From the NCBI RefSeq assembly GCF_018977255.1, contig NW_024704743.1:26104001-26168000 (forward strand): a stretch of DNA of 64,000 bases, read 5' to 3'. Below the pieces are notes generated by a model, which saw only the letters and a list, made by a program, of their open reading frames with translations, ran no database searches and was not told the origin of the DNA. Origin of the DNA: Callorhinchus milii (taxonomy: Eukaryota). Positions within the stretch are counted from its first letter, which is position 1; each line of letters begins with the position of its first letter. Shown piece by piece: positions 1 through 11,550 of the stretch. The position numbers and the translations under genes were made by a program.

Positions 1-185
1 CTTTAAAGAAATGGGTCTAATTCATTTCAATTATATCTATGCCACTCAATAAATAAACAGGTGAAAAGGATATTTAAAAATTCAAAGATACAAACAGCAT
101 TTAAAAGAAAAACAGTGCTATCAAGTTGCACAAAATGAAATCTTGCTGATTTATTAAATTCATTCCCCTTCTTATTGGTGATTTA

Positions 186-367
186 CAGTAAAACTCCTGA
201 TAACTCTACCCTGCCTTAACTTGTCATTACCACTTAAATCATCAAACTGTCAATAAATATCCTGACTGTGTTTATTGATGTATTAATACATATGCCTAAC
301 TCGCCACTCTGGATAACTCATCACAGCTCTTTTGCCTTGGAGTGATGATTTATCAGGAGTTTGCTCT
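186..367 (+). mobile_element. Tc1/pogo(Tigger)-like MITE
   Basis: TA|CAGTAAAACTCCTGATAA ... TTATCAGGAGTTT terminal inverted repeats; homologous copy inverted at 18718-18885. Confidence 0.75.
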
Positions 368-1739
368 TCTTAAATTCTTTCTTTTCCTCACACTAGTCTG
401 AGACTGCAAAGGAAGAGCATTTGTTCCCACCCCTCACTTTTGTTGATTGGATACCAGGTGACTTTTGATATTGATATTGTCATTCCATCTTGTAGAGAAA
501 TATTTTCCTGGTAAATCCCCAAATGGTTGGAAGTTCACCTTAAGAGTGCCCATTGCATGGTGCAGCTTAGATTCCTTCATCAAAAGATTATAGACTTCTA
601 AGTGAATTCTTAATAAACCCCTTCCAGACAAAGGGCACTAGTGATAACATTCACTGATTTGAGAAAGTTCAATATAAAAATAATGACTTGCTTTAAACTC
701 AAACCTTACTAATTGCATTTTTTAAACATTAAAAAAACTACAAATTCCGAAATAGAAATGTAGCACGAATTAAAAAGTGGTCACTGGACTTATTGGAGCT
801 CCAACGCTTAAAACTAACTATGCAATGGAAAAAAATTAGTTAAATTTACATTCACGCTCTACTCCGCCAAATTCCTGATCTAAGTCACTGAACAGATTAA
901 GAACTGGAAGCCAAATCTTCTCCCAACTCCCCAGAAGAGAAAGTTGGGTATTGTGTATCCAACATGCCTTGTTCATTTGCCTTGGCAGAGATCTGGGAGC
1001 AGCTCCACTTTCTCAAGGTGCTTGCAAGACCTGAATAAGTTGGTGTTAGCATTGCCATCTCTGAGCTGCAGAAAGTTCATATTCATTCAGCTTTTAATAG
1101 CAGAAAAAGCAACAGTTCTAGAATCAAGAGTGGTAGAGGAGAGAGAGAGATGGAAATTAACCCCATCATTTCTGATAAAAGGCAGAAAATAGAATGAAGA
1201 AGGGAAGATAAACCACACAAGTAGAACATATATGATAAACAGGAAGGATTTATTCTTCTCTGCAAATAAAATAAATAAAATTGTGTAGATTAAGGTAAGG
1301 AATGTGAATAATCCCAGGACAGGCAAAGCAAATTTGGATGTAGATTTAAACTCGGTATATTTATAAGCAGTTTTGTTTAAGCCTTATACCCATATTTCAC
1401 AGAACAAAATGCCCAACAACAGAGTGCTAACCCACAAGTATACATTAACAAGACTACAGTTACTAGTTTGTCATGATAAACTATAGTTTCTAATAGGATG
1501 AGAGGGAGTAAATAGTGAATGTTCATATTATTTAAAAACCAGACCCTATTATGAAACGTTTTACTTGCACTGTTGACTCTGTCCTGTAGGTGTAGTGGGT
1601 ATCCCATTCCAACAGTCTATCTCTGGATTTTCCAATGTGTAGGTGGGATGCATGGAAATCTCAGCTTGGTTTGGATATTCTTAAGCATGGTGATGGGTTT
1701 TGGACCTCAAGAACATCAAGATGGCTAGCACATCACAAA

Positions 1740-2738
1740 CTGTCCTGTAAAGGTCCGCCCACCACACTGAAGGCAGATGCCCGCCAGATAGTTGATGAGA
1801 AAACTCAGGCTTGGGGCAATACCTGGAGTCCAAGTTCATGAACACATGTTCATACAACCAGTGCTGTACTCCACCTTGACTGGCCTGCAGAGAGGGAAAC
1901 AGCTGCTGCTAAAACTCTGCACCACCAATTGGTGAAACCGTCGCTCAATGGGAAGGGGTGTGTGCCCGAGCTGCGGACAGGAAGATGGTGGCAATGCTCT
2001 CATGCATTTCATACTGAGCTGTGTTGCCCACCAGGAAGCTCGCAGGGTGTTCCTTGTACCTAACATCCACCTAGTGAGGGCTCAAACCAAAGCTTGTCAG
2101 ATGTCGAACAACCAACTAGTGACTATCCAACTTGGGGGGTAGGGAGAGGGGAGAGGTAAACAGGGACTCCTTGGAGCTGAACTGGCTCCAGGTGACATGT
2201 CTGGCAATGGAATGTCAGAATCGAGACAACCCTCTGTGGTGGCCTCGGTAGTCTGTTTCCTGAGCCAGGTGGGTCCACATTATTGCAGGCACTGCCGACG
2301 ACAGTCTCCAGCAGGACCTGGAAGGTCAGACCAGTCACTGGGGGCAGTAAGTCATCCCACTCAGCTCCTGTCAACTCTGCAAGCCAAAGCCCTAACGGAT
2401 AGGGTGGTCCTAGCTGGACAAGCAAAGGAAAAGCTTGCCAGTCAGCAATATCAATGGCAAGCTATACGGGTTTACCTGGTTAGACTTCAGCAATACCCCA
2501 ACGCAGACGCTGGGTTCCCCGAGCCTTGGGTCTTGCCAACTTGCACCTAATACTTTCCGTGATTAGGTAAGCGGGAGCGAGGTAACCATTCCGTTCCATT
2601 CCAACAATCTGTCTCTGGGATTTCCGTGTGTAGGTGGCGATGCACGGAAATCTGAAATCTCAGCCTGGTTTGGATACTCTTAAAGCACGGCGATGGGTTT
2701 CCGCAATATGTCAAGACACCTGGCTGACCCAAAAGAAA
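1740..2738 (+). mobile_element. decayed non-LTR retrotransposon 3' end (CCHC C-terminus plus long 3' UTR; clade uncertain)
   Basis: Frame 1861-2060 reads ...GKQLLLKL...GVCPSCGQEDGGNALMHFILSCVAHQEARR (C-x2-C...H-x4-C). The downstream ~550 bp recurs at several sites in the window and ends in an A-rich tail. Confidence 0.55.
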
Positions 2739-3410
2739 CCTACAGGTGTGTGTGTGTGGGGGTGGGGGTGGAGCAGGTGAGCTCTAGGACCCGGAGCTCC
2801 CCTCTCGCTGTGTTGAGAGTGGCAGCTGGCAGTTTCCATAGTGGTTTGCAGTCACCTGTCCACATCTTTACACAGTACAGCAACTCCCCGTGTAAAGCAA
2901 AGCAGCTTCAGACACAGCCACAGGCACCACTTGTCCAGTGCCAACCCCTGCATTTACCATCACCCAAGTGCTGGCCACTGGTCCGTTTAGAAATTGCATG
3001 GACTCTTGTGGGACTTCCAATTTGATTTCCAACCCCCACCACCCCAACTTTGTGGAGCTGCTGCAAGGAGGAGGGAGAGGGGGCAGAGGGAGCACACCTG
3101 GCTGTACAGTATTTTGCATTACTGCTGACCTCTGAAAATGTCTGTAACCTAGAGACAGAATAAACTACTCCTAGCAGACAGACACAGACAGACAGACAGA
3201 CAGACCCAGTGCTGAGGTAAGACAACCAGCAGCTCCACACGACTTCAACTGAGAATTGCTGCTCCTTTTGTTTCGGTGTATTGATTGGAAAATCCATCCC
3301 CTCTTTGCTGCTTCTGCCTGTTTGCTTGGTACTGGAATTGTTGCAACTTGTTTTGCACTCACTGGTGGTGGTGGTGGGTTCCCAAAGTGAAACGTCCAGT
3401 GGTTGCCTTT

Positions 3411-3960
3411 GTCTGCCTTCCACTGGCCACTGTGTCTGCTTTCCACTGGCCACTGGGTCTGCCTTCCACTGGCCACTGGGTCTGCCTTCCACTGGCCACT
3501 GGGTCTGCCTTCCACTGGCCACTGGGTCTGCCTTCCACTGGCCACTGGGTCTGCCTTCCACTGGCCACTGGGTCTGCCTTCCACTGGCCACTGGGTCTGC
3601 CTTCCACTGGCCACTGGGTCTGCCTTCTACTGGCCACTGGGTCTGCCTTCCACTGGCCACTGTGTCTGCCTTCCACTGGCCACTGGGTCTGCCTTCCACT
3701 GGCCACTGGGTCTGCCTTCCACTGGCCACTGGGTCTGCCTTCCACTGGCCACTGGGTCTGCCTTCCACTGGCCACTGGGTCTGCCTTCCACTGGCCACTG
3801 GGTCTGCCTTCCACTGGCCACTGGGTCTGCCTTCCACTGGCCACTGGGTCTGCCTTCCACTGGCCACTGGGTCTGCCTTCCACTGGCCACTGGGTCTGCC
3901 TTCCACTGGCCACTGGGTCTGCCTTCCACTGGCCACTGGGTCTGCCTTCCACTGGCCACT
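3411..3960. repeat. minisatellite, 23-bp unit GTCTGCCTTCCACTGGCCACTGG, about 24 copies
   Basis: Directly visible near-perfect tandem array with few substitutions. Confidence 0.98.
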
Positions 3961-4170
3961 TTCCCCCTGCAAGTCGATCGTGGTCTTTCAACAAAGCCTC
4001 CCATCAAGTGCTGTGACAAGATCTGGTCTCCAAACCATTGAGAAGTTGAGCATTGCAAACTGTGGGTTTGCAAACTGTGGGTTCTCCTCAATCTTTTTTT
4101 TTGTCTCTGTATGTGTCCCCTTTTGAAGCCAATAAAATGAGTATTTTTGCAGGCTTGTCCAGGAAAGCTA

Positions 4171-4301
4171 GGCTGGTCCGAGCTGAACAAACCCATTGGG
4201 GTTTTTTTTTCTGCTGGGCTGGTCCGAGCTGAACAAACCCATTGGGGTTTTTTTTTCTGCTGGGCTGGTCCGAGCTGAACAAACCCATTGGGGTTTTTTT
4301 T
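4171..4301. repeat. tandem repeat, 46-bp unit, about 3 copies
   Basis: GGCTGGTCCGAGCTGAACAAACCCATTGGGG(T)9CTGCTG starting at 4171, 4217 and 4263. Confidence 0.95.
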
Positions 4302-5279
4302 CCCCATTATTTTTCTTTGTATTGCAAATGGGAAAAAAAAACAATTGCATAGTCACCGTTACTGCACATAGAATGAATTAATACTCTGGTCCATCTGTGA
4401 AGCATAAGCTAATAATAATAATAACAACAGTGAGACCAGCAATGTCCCACTCTGCTAAGTCTCTCATTCATACTTTGATACGCTTTGATATTTAACTGTG
4501 TGACTGAAAGATGTTGTACAAGGGGAAGGGGAGACTGGTGTGAGTGAATTTGATTTTGTTGTATTCAGTGGGGAATAGTGTGAGGTGGTCTGTGTAAACA
4601 GTGTACAAGACCCTTAACAGTATTCTAAGAATAAGCTTTAGATCCAGTGTAATAATAATAATAATAATCGATGCATTTGATGTAATGCATCAGTTGTAAA
4701 TTGTAATACATCAGTTTAGAAACGCATGATCTGGTATTGCATATATTATTATTTATTATTGCAGGAGGAGGACTGGGATTAAGGAGTTTGCATTATGGAG
4801 TCCCATGAGGATAGTGCACACACTGTATTTGCAAACTGATTCTTCTTGGTCACCAGAAAATTGCAAACGTACAGTAAGAGTCCAATACCTGCACTTGTTA
4901 CGACAGTGGATTGGAAAACAGTGCAAATATCTGATTTTCCTGTGTGTATATATCTTTCTTAACACTGTGTGTGTGTGATCGCTCTCTCTCTGACTCTGTC
5001 ATTAACTGTCTGTGTGCGTTTCTTCCTTCGTTTAGTCAACTGGATCGAAAGCGCACAGAGATTCACAGTTGAGAGGAAATAAATCATGTTCGCAGTATCT
5101 TCGTGGGCATGAGCACAACTAAAGATTTCTGCTGACCTTGCAGCCTGACTTCACTTCACTGCTTAAGTTTATACACAAAAAAAAGACTTGCAGGGGCGCA
5201 GTTATTTTAATGGAGTAAAAATTGTTGATTGTAATAATAATCTATGTGGTCAGATGAATAATACAAAAGGATAAATATC

Positions 5280-5530
5280 ACATAAGCAGATGGGCCAATA
5301 TAGAGCAGATGGATTTTAATGTCGATAAATGTAAGATGAATCATATTGGAAGAAAACACTGCAAATCTGTTTGCGCTGTGGTAAGGTGTCCATTAGCAGA
5401 AGTGAAGGAAGGTTTCCAGTCGATGTGAAGCTTATAGCAACAAGCTAATAAAATACTAGCTTGTACGTTGACGGTAAGTCATAGAAGGTTACTCTGTCTG
5501 ACCTTGTATGGATTACTGGTGAAAACGTGT
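5280..5530 (+). mobile_element. decayed CR1 LINE RT fragment
   Basis: CAGATGGATTTTAATGTCGATAAATGTAAG (QMDFNVDKCK, CR1-type). Confidence 0.6.
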
Positions 5531-6004
5531 GGACTACTTGGGTGAAAATTGTGATCTGTGTTGTTAATGAATGATAATTAACAATCCCCAACTTCCCTAT
5601 CTTCAGATCGCCCCTGAATACCTTCCTCTTTGACCGTGCCTATGGTCATGTCCCCCCACTCCCCCACTCGGCGACACTGTCAAGTGCTCTGGGACACTAC
5701 CCTGCGTGAGGTGCGCTATGTAAATGCAAGTTGTTGTTGTTGATAATTATCACATGGCTGATAAACACTACTGCAGTACTAACATTGGACACCTGCGGAG
5801 GATGGCCCTGAGTTTCCAAACATTTTCACATCCTTATGGCTTCTTGTTCCATTCAGGCAAGATCTTAGGTTACCCTTAAGTTACCCAAAACTGACTAGAT
5901 GATAAATTGGAGTTAGTAAGGCTAGTTAAGAATTGTAGAACCAGCTGGCTGTGTGCAACCCCCTCTGACTCTAATAACATTAATAATGATAATAATAATA
6001 ATAA

Positions 6005-7089
6005 ATAATAATCCTTGTATTTGGTATAGTGCCTTTCACGTCAGGATGATGTCACGCAGCACTTCACAGGATTTACTGTAAAGTATAGTGATTGTATTTT
6101 GTGAATGAATGTGATACCCAATTTTGCATACAGAAATGTCTAACAGCCATTAAGTGAATCACCTGTTTTATTTGAGGAATTATTTGCCAGGACATTGGGA
6201 GAAACTCCCTTCTCTTTTTGAGTTGTGTCATGCGATTTTTAATGTCCACATGAGCAGGCAGATGCGACCTCAGTTAAAATTAAATTATAGATGCAACCTC
6301 AGATCTCAGCAGAATTTCATAATACTTCAGCATGACCGGAAGTACAACAACAACAACAACAAGATTCCATTTATAAAGCGCCTTTCACGTCAGGAGGACG
6401 TCCCAAGGCGCTGCACAGTTGGGTCATGACCCGAGCAGGGGGGAAATGGTCAGGGTGAGGGGAGGGAAGGGAGGGAGCGAGGAGGGGGAAGAGAGTCGAG
6501 AGGGGAGCTGAAGGCTCGGTCAAAGAGAAAGGTTTTGAGACCGGCCTTGAAGGAGGAAAGGGAAGAAGCAAGGCGAAGGCACTGGGGGATGGAGTTCCAG
6601 AGCCTGGGGGCTGAGAGGCTGAAGGCCCGACCACCGATGGTGGGGCGGTTGGGGCGGGGGACGTGGAGCAGACCGGAGCCAGAGGAACGGAGGGTACGGG
6701 CAGGTAGGTAGGGGGATAGTAGGTCGGAGAGGTAGGAGGGAGCAAGGCCGTGAATGGCCTTGTAGGTGAGGATGAGGATCTTGAAATCAATCCAGTGGAA
6801 GCGAGCGAGGGTGGGAGTGATGTGGTCCCGAAGCCTGGTGCGGGACAGTACACGAGCTGCAGAGTTCTGGATGACCTGCAGCTTGTGGAGGGAGGTGGCG
6901 GGAAGGCCGGCGAGGAAGTAGAGGAAACTGTAGAAAAAACTCATGTATTTCTTATCCAAAATACGACACTCTGACAATGCAGCACTGTACCGGAGTGTAA
7001 GCATGAGTTCTAAGACCGAACATTGGGTTTGAACACACACCCTTCTGACTGGGAGGCAAGAGCACTACTAACTGAGCCAGGCTGACACA
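6005..7089 (-). mobile_element. SacSINE1-like DeuSINE split by nested insertions
   Basis: Tail and body at 6005-6277, head at 6951-7089 (reverse complement of GTCAGCCTGGCTCAGTTAGTAGTGCTCTTGCCTCCCAGTCAGAAGG). Confidence 0.75.
6345..6913 (-). mobile_element. L2 LINE, 5'-truncated, GC-rich and little decayed
   Basis: LAGLP..LHKLQVIQNSAARVL..HITPTL..FKILILTYKAIHGLAPSYLSDLL..GGRAFS..APRLWNSIP..FKAGLKTFLF; (TTG)n tail; flanked by GGAAGTA. Confidence 0.93.
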
Positions 7090-9089
7090 CTGTGTCTGTC
7101 TTCCATTGGTGAGCTGAAATCCTTACACAACGTTCATTGAACTTCCCCAAGATCATAAGCTTGTAACAAGATCATAATATTGTTTTGAATGAAGACCCTT
7201 CAGCCCATCTGATCTCATCCTTCAGGAACACCCATCCTAAATGCTTCCATCAAAGAATCAAACTTTTTTTTAAATGAGTCCATTGTCCTGGCCTCAACCA
7301 TCCTTCTTGGCAACCTGTTATTTCACCCAAAAATATAAGGTCAATTCACTTTACATTCTATTCTGTGAAGCTCTTTGAGACATCGGGAAGATGTGAAAAG
7401 CGCTATATGAAATGCAAGGATTATTATTATTATTTATTATCTTTGTTCAATTTAGCCAGCATTGCAATATTCAGCTAACTGGGTAAAAAAAAAACGAGCC
7501 AATTTTGGATCCAACTACTCTGATAGTTTTTTTTTGTGTGTGTAGGTGGGTGGGGGATACATTTGTGATGGAGGTAGTGACTGATCTGAATTTGGTTGCC
7601 TTTGGGTATCAAGGTATGTCTATGCTGGACATTCCCTGGAGGATGAAATGGCTATGGAGGAGTCCAAGATGATGTGCTCATTTTTTTNGCTGTAGTCTGT
7701 CGAAGAAGTAGCCCTGGTGGTCTTTTGCTTCATACTTGTGTCCTTTTATTGATGTTTTCTATACATAATACATTGGGGGAAAATGTGCTTTAACATCCTG
7801 TATTCAAGTTGTTTGTTGACAGTATCCTCATTTGCACAAATTTCTTTTGCAAATAGAGTCCAGAATTAGCATTTGCACAATAAAATTATAATAGAGTTCT
7901 TGTAATTAGCTCTTTGAGGCATATAACAGCACATTTATGCCAAGTGCTCCAATATTTACATTTCAGATTCATTTATTGATCTTCATTTTCAGAGCTGTGA
8001 GCTCATTAGGAAATGAGCTTCTTCTTACAAACTGATTTTGTGAACTTTCTTTCTCTCTCTAAGTCCCGCCCTCCCACCACCTATCTTGCATTCTCCTTCT
8101 TTCAAAATCCTTCTAAAAACCAACATCTTTGACTATGGTCATGTGATAATAATAATCCTTGCATTTGATATATCATCTTATCACGTCTTCGAGACGTCTC
8201 AAAGCGCTTCACAGAATATATTGTAAAGTTAATTGACTGTATATTTTGTGGGCAAAATATGATGGTAATAATAATTCTTACATTTGACATAGCGCTTTAT
8301 CATGTTGTTGAGATGACTTAAAGCGCTTCACTTTACAGTATATTCTGTATGGTTTCGGTCATCTACTTCCTAGTGGTTTGTGACATTTAACTGAGTGAAA
8401 GGTGCTGTGTAAGTGTAAATTGTTGTTGCAACAGCATTGACACTGTCCTGCTCTGTTCAGTAAGTTTACTAACACCCAACTCTACCTCTCTGCCTCCACT
8501 GCTGTCCTGACAGAATGTCTGTTCAGACATCAAGTCCTGGATGAGAGCTAACTTTCTTCAGTTAGCAAATTTGTATCTTTGCACTTGTGAATAAATGGAA
8601 TGGATTTTTAAATGCATAATTTAAATTTATTTTACGGATATTTTTAATGCCAGGTTCAATTTCCCTGAGCTTACTGCTTGGGTCAGAGCCGCATTTTAGC
8701 ACATGTCAACCAATTTGCTGCTTGGAGGTTGTGAAACACAGTACCCTGTGTGCACTGTGTAGAATTCACACAAGAAAAGAGGAAGCCACATACTGCTGGA
8801 CACTGGAGGCAGAATTTCATAATACTTCAGCATTACCGGAAATAGAGGAAACTGTGGAAAAAACTCATGCATTTCAGTAAGCTTCATCGATTTTAACCTT
8901 TGCTGCTGTTAGAGTATGCAACAGTCTAATTCTGTTGTAGTTTGCACACAATTTGGGTTAAAATAAGTAATCCAAGACCATGTTGAAGAGAAAGTGTATC
9001 ATCCTTTGTACCACCAGCATGTAATATAACATGCTATATATGCTATATATGGATAAACAATAACTGCATCTATAGTTTAAAGTACTTTT

Positions 9090-10101
9090 GTATCTATATG
9101 CTTCTTCTTGGTGACATCATCCGCAGACATGGGGTCAACTTCCACATGCATGCGGATGACACCCAACTCTACCTCTCTGCCTCCACTGCTGTCCTGACAG
9201 AATGTCTGTCAGACATCAAGTCCTGGATGAGAGCTAACTTTCTTCAGTTGAACGTCAATAAGGCTCTCCTGATCGGCTCCCGTCAGCGCCTCCTCACCTC
9301 AGGCGCTGACAGCATCACCATCCATGGTTGCACACTCCACCTTGCTAAGCCAGTCCGGAAACTTGGCGTCTTGTTTGACCCTCAACTATCCTTTCTACCC
9401 CACATCTGCGCCATGACCCGCTCTGCTTTGCCCCACCTCCGCAACATCACCCGGCTCCGCCAATGTCTCAAACCACAGGTTGCCGAAACCCTCATAAATG
9501 CTTTCATTACATAGAGGCTTGACTCTGCAAACTCATTGCTTGTCGGCCTCCCCAACTCCTCCCTCCCTAGGCTGCAGATCATCCAGAACTCGACAGTCCG
9601 CGTCCTCTGCCGCACCAGGCTCTGTGACCCTATCACCCCCATCCTCACCCGACTCCACTGGTTTCCCATCACACAGAGGATACAGTTCAAGATCCTGGTC
9701 TTCACCTTCAAAGCCCTCCATGGTCTTGCTCCCCCCTACCTCTGCGACCACCTAAACCCCTACCATGCTGCCCGCTCCCTCCGCTCAGCAGACTCCGGCC
9801 TGCTTCACGTCCCCCTGCCTCGCTCGCCCCACTATTGGCGGGCGGGCGGGCCTTCTGCCACTCTGCCCCCACCCTCTGGAACTCCATCCCGTAATCCCTC
9901 CGCCTCTCCCCCGCCCTTGCCTCCTTTAAGACCCATCTCAAGACCCTCCTCTTTGACCGTGCTTTTGATCTCCCTGCTTCCCCCCCTGCCCTCCACCCTC
10001 CCCGACCCCGACCCCCAGCTCGGGTCCAAAGCTGTGTCTGTCCAGCGCCTTGGGACGTCCTCCCGACATAAAAGACCTTTACAAATGTAATTTTGTTGTT
10101 A
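9090..10101 (+). mobile_element. L2 LINE fragment (RT C-terminal half to 3' tail)
   Basis: HADDTQLY motif, LQLN, LGVLFD, LQIIQNS, FKILVFTFKALHGLAPPYL; frameshifts and stops; TTGTTG tail. Confidence 0.93.
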
Positions 10102-11339
10102 CTTTTGGAAATGTATCACATCATCTTTAAAAAATTTTAATGTTGGGGAAAAGCCAACTTTCCATTCATACTGTATTAGTATCCTGGATCATTGATGCAT
10201 ATTGGCAGAGTTCCATTTTGAAACCTTTCCATTGCAGTTCTCATTTACTGTCAACTGTAGTGACTGCTTTTAGGCATTTACATCAGGAAAGTCTCCCAAA
10301 CAGTCACGTGGGTGAATGATCAGTATTGTTGGCCGGGACATTGGAAGAAATGGAAAATGCTTCCTTGCCTCAAAACTATTTTGCATAACATTTCCATGTC
10401 AGTAGCCATTGTCTGAAGATTATGAATGAAGCAATAATACTGGATCGACAAGATACTTTTGCTGTAGTAAAATGCAAAATGTATGTCTGTACATCCTCTT
10501 TGCACTTTTAATATACACTCGTGTTTATTTTATTCTCTGGTTTGGTACATTTTTAACATTAGTGTAGTGGACACAATGGTTTTCTGTTCAGTTCGTGAAA
10601 GGCACTATGCAAATGTAATTTTGTTGTGTTGTTGAAAGAAAACATGGATGGCAAAGAATGTCTGGCTGCCCTGAGACTGCAGCCCTTTGTTCTGGTGGTT
10701 TTAAGTAGAGGATGTTTGCTTTGACTTTCTGGAACAGAGGGACAGAGTTGAGTAGGTTTTATTAAGTGTTATAAAGTTCCTAGAATTCCAATTTGCAAAC
10801 TAACCATTCAGACCTGCTTTGCTTTACAGTGAAATCCATTGTTGACTTGCGTTTGAAACTAATAATGTTCAAAACCTGTAGTGATACATTTCACCAAAGC
10901 AACTAGTAGTTCCTAACACTAGATAAAAACCACCGAGTAAGTGTGGTGCCCAAATACTTTCTATTAATTTTCATTATTAACATATACTCAAGATTCCTTT
11001 TTTGGGGATTGTCAATCTGGAACAGTTGGTAACTCTTTCTGAGTCAAGGTTGTCTAATAATGCCCCCCCATGAGGATTTTGAACTCATGGTCTAAAATGA
11101 CACTCCTATATAGCGCCGGGAATGCTTTACTTTGTCTTTTGATTAAACATTAAACCGCATTCCTGTTTGTCTGTTCAGGTGGATGTTAAAGATCCCATGG
11201 CTCTGTTCAAAAAGAGAAGGGAGTTTCTTCTGGTGTCCGGGCAAATAAAATTATTTATCTGCCAGATAAAATTAGTCATTCACTTCATTGCTGTTTATGG
11301 GACATTTCAATGCGCAGAACGCAAACTGCAACTGTTTTC

Positions 11340-11550
11340 AGTGATTGGGGAGTCTGTAACCAGAGGATCCAAATATAAGTAGTGACCAGGGGATCTTAAA
11401 GAATTTAGGAGGAAAGACTTCATAGGGTAGAGAGATTGTGGAACTTGCTGCCTGAAACGGTGGTTGAGTCAGATAGTATAGATGCATTCAAGAGGGAGCT
11501 AGACATTAACATGAGGGAACGGGCAATAGAAGGGTATGGGAGGGAGTAAG
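11340..11550 (+). mobile_element. CR1 LINE 3' fragment
   Basis: RVERLWNLLPETVVESDSIDAFKRELD, a typical CR1 ORF2 C-terminus. Confidence 0.75.

Noticed and set aside
3411..4301. CRISPR-like array
   Set aside because: Head-to-tail repeats with no unique spacers, no cas genes, vertebrate context.
2908..4307. Six long ORFs (211-354 aa) on both strands
   Set aside because: They exist only because the 23-bp minisatellite has no stop codon in any frame; there is no independent coding evidence.
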